Shown in pieces: positions 57,525-64,000 of a stretch of DNA of 64,000 nucleotides; position 1 is the first letter of the stretch, and each line of letters starts with the position of its first letter. The notes beneath the pieces are model-generated. The model did not search any database. It was given only the letters and a program-made list of their open reading frames with translations, and was not told where the DNA came from. Source of the stretch: an uncultured bacterium (GTDB taxonomy: Bacteria > Krumholzibacteriota > Krumholzibacteriia > WVZY01); contig CBDVBZ010000001.1 in NCBI GenBank assembly GCA_965372355.1, positions 54,422 through 118,421 on the forward strand, written 5' to 3'. The translations under genes were made by a program, and so were the position numbers.

Positions 57525-59852
57525 ATGCGGACGATTTTTTGTGCGTCAGTACCCCTCGTTTTGAAAACATCAGTTCTGCAGATGCTAGGGTGTTTGCTTA
57601 CGCTGCACCTTCTTTCGGTCGTCGTCTCCGCGCAGACGATTCAACCGCGTGCGAACACGGAGATCTTCGGACTCAATATCGAGGGCAACCGGTATGTCTC
57701 GGAGCAGAAGATCCGGCGTGTCGTGCGGCTGAAGGTTGGCGACCGCTATTCCGATCAAAGCGCTAGCGAAGCGCTCAGGCGTTTGTACGCGACCAAGGAA
57801 TTCGAAGATGTGGCCGCGTTCAAGGAGACGTCGGGTAGTGGTGTGGTGCTGACGTTTCGCGTCAAAGAGTTCCCACGGGTGGATGAGGTGCGGTTCGAGG
57901 GCAACAGAAAGATAAAGGACGACGAGTTGGCGGAAGAGACGTCTGCAAAGGCGGGCTCTTTTGTTCGGCCGGCGATTCTGCGCAAGGATTTTCGGACGAT
58001 CGAGGACAAGTACCGCGAAAAGGGGTACTACCGCATCGAGGTGAAGGACCGCATCGTCCAGGAGCAGGAGAAAAAGACCAAGCGACCGCTGACGGTGCTG
58101 ATCTACGACATCACCGAGGGAGACAAGGTCGAGGTCGCGCACATCGACTTCTTTGGCAACCGCGCGATCGATACGGACAAGATCCGCAGGGTGATGGAGA
58201 GCAAGGAGGACGGCTGGTTCCGCAACTCTGATTTCAAACCCAAGGTCCTGGAGGAGGATCGGGAGAGGATTCTGTTGCTGTACCGACAGAATGGTTTCCT
58301 CGATGCGCAGCTCGTCGACCAGGAGCTCCATTTCTCGGACGACGGCAAGGATCTCGACATTTTCATAACGGTCAAAGAGGGTACACAGTACAAGGTTGGC
58401 AAGGTCACATGGAGTGGAAACAAGGTGTTCCCCGATCACCGGGTTCTACCGCTCATCACGTTGCGGACCGGCGATGTTTTTGATGACGTGCACTTTGCCG
58501 AGGTGCTGATGCCGACGCTTGGCTCGCTCTACTGGGATCAGGGCTACATCTACAATTCGATCAGTCCGGAGAAGACCGTGCGGGGCGATGTCATCGACAT
58601 CCATTTCGAGATCACGGAGGGCGAGCCGGCGCATATCAGGCAGATCAACATCGCGGGCAACACGAAGACCAACGAAGAGGTGATCCGGCGCGAGCTCGTT
58701 GTCAACCCAGGAGACGTATTCCGGCGGCCGATGTTGATCCGGTCCCTGCGCGAGGTATTCAATCTCGGTTTCTTCAACGCCCCGCCGGAAGTGGGGACCC
58801 GGCCGACGCAGAACGGTGACATCGACATCACGCTCACCGTCCAGGAGAAGCAAACCGGCCAGTTCAGGCTTGGAGCCGGGTTCTCGCAGCTCAACAGGAT
58901 CAGCGGTTTCATCGGCCTCGCCGAGACGAACTTCCTCGGCAAGGGTTTGCAGGTGGGTATCGATTGGGAGTTTTCGCGAACGCGTCAGACGGTTGATCTG
59001 CGATTTAGCGAACCATGGTTGTTCGGCACGCCGACCCAACTGACACTGAATGTATACAACCGTGGCCAGGACCGAATCGCGCAGCAGTTCTACGATGACC
59101 GCCGCCGCGGCGCCTCGGTGCGAATCGGGCGTCCCTTCCCGTGGGTCGATTATACGTCGATTTTCTGGAGGTACAGCTATGAGTCCATCCGGCTGGCCAA
59201 CTTCTCTCCGCTGTACCTGGGGCCGCTTCGTTTTACCAATTGGCCGCAGGTGACCAGTTCGACGAGCGTGACCCTAATGCGCAATTCGACGGACAGCCCG
59301 TTCCGTCCGACCACGGGGAGTCGAGCATCGGTCACGGCGGAGCTCAACGGAGGGTTTCTTGCCGGAGACGTGGAGTTTCAGTCGTATGATGCGGCGCTAT
59401 CGCTTTATCAGCGGCTCATTGGGAGCCTCGTACTCCAGGTGCGCTTCTCGACCGGTGTCCTGGTCGGTGGCGAACCACCCACCGGTGTTCCCGATTATGA
59501 GCTCTTCCGTCTGGGTGGCAACCGCCTTTGGGGCGTCAGGGGGTACGACTACTTCCAGATTGTTCCCAAGGGCAATCCGCCGTACCTGGGAGGGCGGTTC
59601 TTCAACATCATTTCTTATCAAGTGACACAGCCGTTGGCACCGAACATATTTCTGCTAGGGTTCTTGGACGCCGGCAATACCTGGCAGAACTTCGGTGAAT
59701 CGGACCTGTTTGATCTGAGAAAGGGTATCGGGCTCGGTGTGAGAATTGAGTTGCCGATGCTGGGAGTTATGGGTTTCGATTACGCGTACGGATACGACAA
59801 AGTTTTTGGTGGCAGTTGGGTGCCGCATCTCAATCTCGGTGGCACTTTCTAG
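57525..59852 (+). CDS. bamA: Outer membrane protein assembly factor BamA (Omp85).
   Basis: Signal peptide; POTRA repeats (e.g. ...VRFEGNRKIKDDEL..., ...IDFFGNRAIDTDKI..., ...VTWSGNKVFPDHRV...); Omp85 barrel ending ...NLGGTF. Confidence 0.9.
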   Translation: MRTIFCASVPLVLKTSVLQMLGCLLTLHLLSVVVSAQTIQPRANTEIFGLNIEGNRYVSEQKIRRVVRLKVGDRYSDQSASEALRRLYATKEFEDVAAFKETSGSGVVLTFRVKEFPRVDEVRFEGNRKIKDDELAEETSAKAGSFVRPAILRKDFRTIEDKYREKGYYRIEVKDRIVQEQEKKTKRPLTVLIYDITEGDKVEVAHIDFFGNRAIDTDKIRRVMESKEDGWFRNSDFKPKVLEEDRERILLLYRQNGFLDAQLVDQELHFSDDGKDLDIFITVKEGTQYKVGKVTWSGNKVFPDHRVLPLITLRTGDVFDDVHFAEVLMPTLGSLYWDQGYIYNSISPEKTVRGDVIDIHFEITEGEPAHIRQINIAGNTKTNEEVIRRELVVNPGDVFRRPMLIRSLREVFNLGFFNAPPEVGTRPTQNGDIDITLTVQEKQTGQFRLGAGFSQLNRISGFIGLAETNFLGKGLQVGIDWEFSRTRQTVDLRFSEPWLFGTPTQLTLNVYNRGQDRIAQQFYDDRRRGASVRIGRPFPWVDYTSIFWRYSYESIRLANFSPLYLGPLRFTNWPQVTSSTSVTLMRNSTDSPFRPTTGSRASVTAELNGGFLAGDVEFQSYDAALSLYQRLIGSLVLQVRFSTGVLVGGEPPTGVPDYELFRLGGNRLWGVRGYDYFQIVPKGNPPYLGGRFFNIISYQVTQPLAPNIFLLGFLDAGNTWQNFGESDLFDLRKGIGLGVRIELPMLGVMGFDYAYGYDKVFGGSWVPHLNLGGTF

Positions 59853-59891
59853 ATGTCGCATGAGAAGGGCAAACCAAGGAGACGTGTCTCA

Positions 59892-60428
59892 ATGTTGAAA
59901 AAAACACTCGCAACAGCCGCGGCAACCGTTATCATGATAGCCTGTTCGGCGGGGATTTTGCTGGCGCAGGACATCAAACTTGGTTATATCGATTCCCAGA
60001 GAATATTTCTCGAATACCGGGAGACTCAGGATGCGGAGCGGCTCTACAAGCAGGAAGTCGAGCAGTGGAAGGCGGAGGCGGCGGGTATGGAGCAGGAAAT
60101 CGTCAAGCTCCAGGACGAGCTGCGCGCGCAGAGCCTGATGCTCTCCGAGGAGAAGCAGCGGGAGAAAAAACTCGAATACGACAAGAAACTGGAAGACTAT
60201 CAGCGGTTTATGGCTGACGTATTCGGCGAGGACGGGAGGGCGGCAAGACGAAACAAGGAGCTGACCCAGCCCATCGTCGACAAGATCAACAGGATACTCG
60301 AGCTGATGGCCGAGGACGAAGGCTATACAATGGTTTTCGACATTGCCAACGCTAATATCGTCTATGCTGACAAGGCGTTCGATCTGACGGAAAGGGTTCT
60401 CGAGGAACTCAACAAGGTAGCGCCTTGA
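59892..60428 (+). CDS. skp: Periplasmic chaperone Skp/OmpH.
   Basis: Signal peptide MLKKTLATAAATVIMIACSAGILLAQ; coiled-coil E/K/Q-rich body; about 178 aa; between bamA and lpxD. Confidence 0.75.
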   Translation: MLKKTLATAAATVIMIACSAGILLAQDIKLGYIDSQRIFLEYRETQDAERLYKQEVEQWKAEAAGMEQEIVKLQDELRAQSLMLSEEKQREKKLEYDKKLEDYQRFMADVFGEDGRAARRNKELTQPIVDKINRILELMAEDEGYTMVFDIANANIVYADKAFDLTERVLEELNKVAP

Positions 60429-60437
60429 GGTAGTGAG

Positions 60438-61481
60438 TTGAAACGAGAGACGTTTACACTCAGTGAGCTCGCGAAAATCGCCGGGGGCCAGTTAACCGGG
60501 GACGGGAGTACTACGATCACGGGCTGCGCGGGGATTCGCGACGCCCGGGCGGGAGAGATCACGTTTTTCGCCAACCCGAGGTACCGGGAGTATCTCGAGA
60601 CGACCCGCGCCTCCGCGGTCATCGCCCCCCCGGGGATCGAGTGTAGCGCCTGTACGATCGTCATGGACGATCCGTACCTGGGTTTTCTCAAGGTGCTCAC
60701 CGTTTTTGCCGAAGCGCGTAAGGTTACATATCCCAAGGGGATACATGCAACCGCTGTCATCGACCCCGATGCCGAGATTGACGCCGACGCCTCCGTGGGC
60801 CCGCACTGCGAGATCTGCCGGGGCGCGAAGATCGGATGCAACTCGACGCTGCTCCTGGGCACCTACGTCGGTGAGGACGCCGTGATCGGTGAGGACTGTC
60901 TCATCTACCCGAACGTCACGATCCGCGAGGAATGCGAGATCGGCAACCGCGTGGTTTTGCAGCCCGGTGTCGTCGTTGGGTCCGACGGGTTTGGGTTTGC
61001 CAAGGACGGTGCGGTGCCCAGAAAGATCCCGCAGATCGGACGGGTCATTCTCGGAGACGACGTCGAGATTGGCGCGAACTCGACGATCGATCGGGCAACC
61101 ACCGGTGTGACACGGATCTGTCAGGGCGCCAAGATCGATAACCTCGTCCAGATTGCGCACAACGTCGTGGTTGGCAAAAACTCGATGCTCGCCGCCCAGG
61201 TGGGGATATCGGGGAGTACCGAGCTCGGCGAAGGCGTTGTCATGGCCGGACAGGCGGGAATCGTGGGACACATAACGATTGGCAACCGGGTTGTGGTGGC
61301 GGCGCAGTCGGGTGTTTCCAAGTCGATTCCGGACGACACCACCGTTTGGGGCTATCCGGCACGCGAGCTCAAAGAGGCAAAGAGGGTAAACGCGGTCACG
61401 CGAGGTCTGCCAGGGATACGAGATAAGATCAAGGCACTGGAGAAGAGGATCAAGGCGTTGGAAAAGGAAACAGGCGAATGA
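60438..61481 (+). CDS. lpxD: UDP-3-O-(3-hydroxyacyl)glucosamine N-acyltransferase.
   Basis: TTG start; left-handed beta-helix hexapeptide repeats; N-terminal [10 protein letters not shown] typical of LpxD; C-terminal coiled coil. Confidence 0.9.
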   Translation: MKRETFTLSELAKIAGGQLTGDGSTTITGCAGIRDARAGEITFFANPRYREYLETTRASAVIAPPGIECSACTIVMDDPYLGFLKVLTVFAEARKVTYPKGIHATAVIDPDAEIDADASVGPHCEICRGAKIGCNSTLLLGTYVGEDAVIGEDCLIYPNVTIREECEIGNRVVLQPGVVVGSDGFGFAKDGAVPRKIPQIGRVILGDDVEIGANSTIDRATTGVTRICQGAKIDNLVQIAHNVVVGKNSMLAAQVGISGSTELGEGVVMAGQAGIVGHITIGNRVVVAAQSGVSKSIPDDTTVWGYPARELKEAKRVNAVTRGLPGIRDKIKALEKRIKALEKETGE

Positions 61482-62791
61482 TAAGGCAGCAGCGGACGAT
61501 CGACAAAGAGTTCTCGATCGATGGCTTGGGACTTCATACGGGCAACGAGGTCTCGTTGCGTTTGATGCCGGCGCCCGTGGGCACCGGTATCAAGTTCGTG
61601 ACCCAGACGAGCAACGGAAGCGTCGAGATACCGGCCAACATCACGAGCGTGCCGCTGGAAAAGGGCACACCGCGCAACACGACGCTCACGCGGGAGGGGA
61701 CGTCGATCCACACCGTGGAGCATCTCCTGGCCACCTGCTACGGCCTGCAGATCGATAACCTCATCATCGATATCCAGGGTAACGAACCGCCCGTGCCGGA
61801 CACGGGTAGCTACGAGGCCTACGTCAGGGCGTTCAGAGAGATCGGGATCGTCAACCAGGGCGCACCGGCACGCTATCTGGAAATCGATCGGCCGGTGACG
61901 TTCTCGGATGGCGATGTGGAGCTGTTCGCCGTGCCGTCGGACAAGTTTCGGATTAGTTTTACGATTCAGTACCCGAATCGTCACATCGGTACGCAACACG
62001 CGACGTTTGACATCACACCCGATGTGTTCGAAAAGGAGATTTCCCCTGCAAGAACCTTCGTGCTGTCCGAAGACGTCGAGAAGCTGCGGGAAATGGGTCT
62101 GATCAAGGGGGGAAGCCTGGAGAACGCAATCGTCTTTAACGATGACGGGATTGTGAACGACGAACCGCTGCGTTTTCCCGACGAGTGTGTTCGGCACAAG
62201 GTGCTCGATCTGATCGGCGATCTGTCTCTGGTCGGCCAACCGATCAAGGGGCACGTGCACGCGATCAGGTCCGGACATATGTCAAACTTGAGATTTGTCA
62301 AGAAACTATGGGAGCTGCGCGAACAAAAAAGGCGGTTGTTGCCCAGCACCGGTGAGGCAACCTGGGGCATCGAGATGATCCAGGAGATCATGCCGCACCG
62401 ATACCCGTTTCTCTTGGTCGACAGAATCCTGGAACTCGAAGATAAGAAACGAGTTGTAGGGATCAAAAACGTCACCATCAACGAGCCGTTCTTTGCCGGT
62501 CATTTTCCCGGCCATCCGATCATGCCTGCGGTGCTCATCATCGAGGCGATGGCCCAGGTTGGGGGTATCCTGATTATGAATACTGTTGACAACCCCAGGG
62601 ACAACCTCGTTTACTTCTCCAGAATAGACAAAGCCAGATTTCGCAAGCCCGTCTTGCCGGGAGACCAGTTGAGGTTCGAGCTCGAGTTACTCGCGCTCAG
62701 ACGTCGCGTTTGTAAAATGAAAGGTTTGGCGTACGTGGGTGATGACCTCGTCGCTGAAGCGGAGCTCATTGCAAACATTGTTCCGCGATAA
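61478..62791 (+). CDS. Bifunctional UDP-3-O-acyl-GlcNAc deacetylase / 3-hydroxyacyl-ACP dehydratase (LpxC-FabZ fusion).
   Basis: N-terminal LpxC ([19 protein letters not shown]..., zinc-binding HTVEHLLA); C-terminal FabZ hotdog ([14 protein letters not shown]...[19 protein letters not shown]). Confidence 0.9.
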   Translation: MIRQQRTIDKEFSIDGLGLHTGNEVSLRLMPAPVGTGIKFVTQTSNGSVEIPANITSVPLEKGTPRNTTLTREGTSIHTVEHLLATCYGLQIDNLIIDIQGNEPPVPDTGSYEAYVRAFREIGIVNQGAPARYLEIDRPVTFSDGDVELFAVPSDKFRISFTIQYPNRHIGTQHATFDITPDVFEKEISPARTFVLSEDVEKLREMGLIKGGSLENAIVFNDDGIVNDEPLRFPDECVRHKVLDLIGDLSLVGQPIKGHVHAIRSGHMSNLRFVKKLWELREQKRRLLPSTGEATWGIEMIQEIMPHRYPFLLVDRILELEDKKRVVGIKNVTINEPFFAGHFPGHPIMPAVLIIEAMAQVGGILIMNTVDNPRDNLVYFSRIDKARFRKPVLPGDQLRFELELLALRRRVCKMKGLAYVGDDLVAEAELIANIVPR

Positions 62792-62836
62792 TTGTTAGAC
62801 GACCGTTAGCACAGCCCCTAGACGGAGTCAGTGGCA

Positions 62837-63646
62837 ATGCAAGAGAGATTAAACATCAGAAAGATCGACCTCAAACCGGAGATCCATCCCAGCGCTGTGG
62901 TTCACCCGTGGGCCAAGATCGGCACCGGTGTCAAGATCGGACCGTTCAGCGTTGTCGGCGAGCATGTCGAGCTGGGGGAGGGTTGCGTCGTGGGACCCAA
63001 CGTCCTCATCGAGGGCCGGACCACGATCGGGAAGAACAATGTCTTCCATCATGGCGCGAGCATCGGCACACCGCCTCAGGATCTGAAGCACGATGGGGAG
63101 GTCAGCTATCTCGAGATCGGGGATGACAACGTCTTTCGGGAATTCACGACGGTCAACGTGGCGACCAGTCAGGGTGCGAAGACGATTATTGGCTCGCGGT
63201 GCTTTTTGATGGCGTATGTGCACGTGGCACACGACTGTGTCCTGGGTGACAACGTGATTCTCTCAAACTCGGTGAACCTCGCCGGCTATGTGAACGTCGA
63301 CGACCATGCGATCATCGGGGGCATCGTACCGGTTCATCAGTTCGTGCGTATTGGACAGCACGCATTTGTCGGCGGCGGCAGCCGTATCGAGCGGGATATC
63401 CCCCCATACATCAAAGCGGCCGGCAATCCGACAAAGGTATACGGCATCAACTCTGTGGGCCTCGAGCGTGGAGGCTTTTCTCAAGAGAAGAGAGCCATGA
63501 TCAAGGCGATGTTCAATGTCCTCTATCGAAACGACCTCAATGTCTCTCAGGTTCTGGAAAAACTCAGAAACGGAATGTTCCAGGATCCCGAGAGGGGGAT
63601 TCTCGTCGACTTCCTCGAGACGTGCGAGCGCGGGATCTGCAAATAG
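62837..63646 (+). CDS. lpxA: Acyl-ACP:UDP-GlcNAc O-acyltransferase.
   Basis: Hexapeptide-repeat beta-helix; LpxA-type C-terminal helical domain; closes lpxD-lpxC/fabZ-lpxA. Confidence 0.9.
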   Translation: MQERLNIRKIDLKPEIHPSAVVHPWAKIGTGVKIGPFSVVGEHVELGEGCVVGPNVLIEGRTTIGKNNVFHHGASIGTPPQDLKHDGEVSYLEIGDDNVFREFTTVNVATSQGAKTIIGSRCFLMAYVHVAHDCVLGDNVILSNSVNLAGYVNVDDHAIIGGIVPVHQFVRIGQHAFVGGGSRIERDIPPYIKAAGNPTKVYGINSVGLERGGFSQEKRAMIKAMFNVLYRNDLNVSQVLEKLRNGMFQDPERGILVDFLETCERGICK

Positions 63647-63720
63647 CGGCGGGTCCGTTTCGGCGCTTTTTCACCCGAAATAATCTTTGACAGGCGATTC
63701 TCCCCGCAAAGGAGGAGTTC

Positions 63721-64000
63721 GTGGGTATCAAGGTAGGTGTTATCGGCACGGGGAAACTCGGCCGCCAGCACGTTCGCGTGCTCAAACGGGTACCCGAGGT
63801 CGAGCACGTGGCTTGTTACGACGTCGTCACGGAGAGGGCAATCGGCGTCGCCCGCGAGCATGGGGCGGAGGCTTTTTCGGATCTCCACAAGATGATGGAT
63901 TTCGTGGACGCGGTCAGCGTCGTCGTCCCCACGGTGAACCACACCGAAATATCGCTGCAGGCGCTGGCGTGTGGGAACAACCTCTTTATCGAGAAGCCAA
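63721..64000 (+). CDS. Gfo/Idh/MocA-family NAD(P)-dependent oxidoreductase, 5' fragment (runs off window end).
   Basis: GTG start; Rossmann VGIKVGVIGTGKLGRQHV, ...NNLFIEKP motif. Confidence 0.7.
   Translation, partial: MGIKVGVIGTGKLGRQHVRVLKRVPEVEHVACYDVVTERAIGVAREHGAEAFSDLHKMMDFVDAVSVVVPTVNHTEISLQALACGNNLFIEKP

Overview
GC-rich bacterial chromosomal window that is almost entirely co-directional: about 60 confident genes on the + strand and only two on the - strand. The content is mostly conserved housekeeping and cell-envelope genes. In order: (1) an ABC ATPase, an ABC-2 permease and an accessory protein directly upstream of pilD-pilMNOPQ for type IV pili; (2) rsmD-coaD, obg, dprA, an lpxL-family acyltransferase and split ADP-heptose genes (rfaE kinase and adenylyltransferase); (3) sucCD and ndk; (4) the classical yceD-rpmF-plsX-fabH-fabD-fabG-acpP-fabF-rnc cluster, interrupted between fabH and fabD by a 3 x 52-bp tandem repeat; (5) a poorly characterised envelope block: Cys-rich hypothetical, FadL/PorV-like OMP on the - strand, TPR protein plus lipoprotein, ECF sigma plus zinc-finger anti-sigma plus lipoprotein, and a second TPR protein; (6) efp-accB-pilT-accC, with pilT inserted inside the acc pair; (7) ftsK, rimO, two TPR-like lipoproteins (the second BamD-like), nadD, polA, coaE, prfB (with its programmed +1 frameshift site), lysS, lolCE-lolD; (8) a Firmicutes-style mcsA-mcsB-clpC module; (9) bamA-skp-lpxD-lpxC/fabZ(fused)-lpxA plus a partial Gfo/Idh/MocA oxidoreductase. 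No rRNA, tRNA, CRISPR array, transposase or integrase was recognised. The fused lpxC/fabZ together with bamA/bamD/skp/lol genes points to an LPS-making diderm, possibly FCB-group-like; this lineage guess is inference only. The signals most worth a second look are: (a) a short DNA motif CTTCCAGGACAGGC, present in 3 exact and 4 one-mismatch copies, six of them clustered in about 530 bp at the 3' end of a TPR gene and in the efp upstream region, and one upstream of bamA; (b) the 52-bp tandem repeat inside the fab operon; (c) the PilGHI-like ABC module ahead of pilD; (d) mcsAB-clpC in a diderm context; (e) the uncharacterised ECF/anti-sigma/lipoprotein/TPR/OMP neighbourhood.
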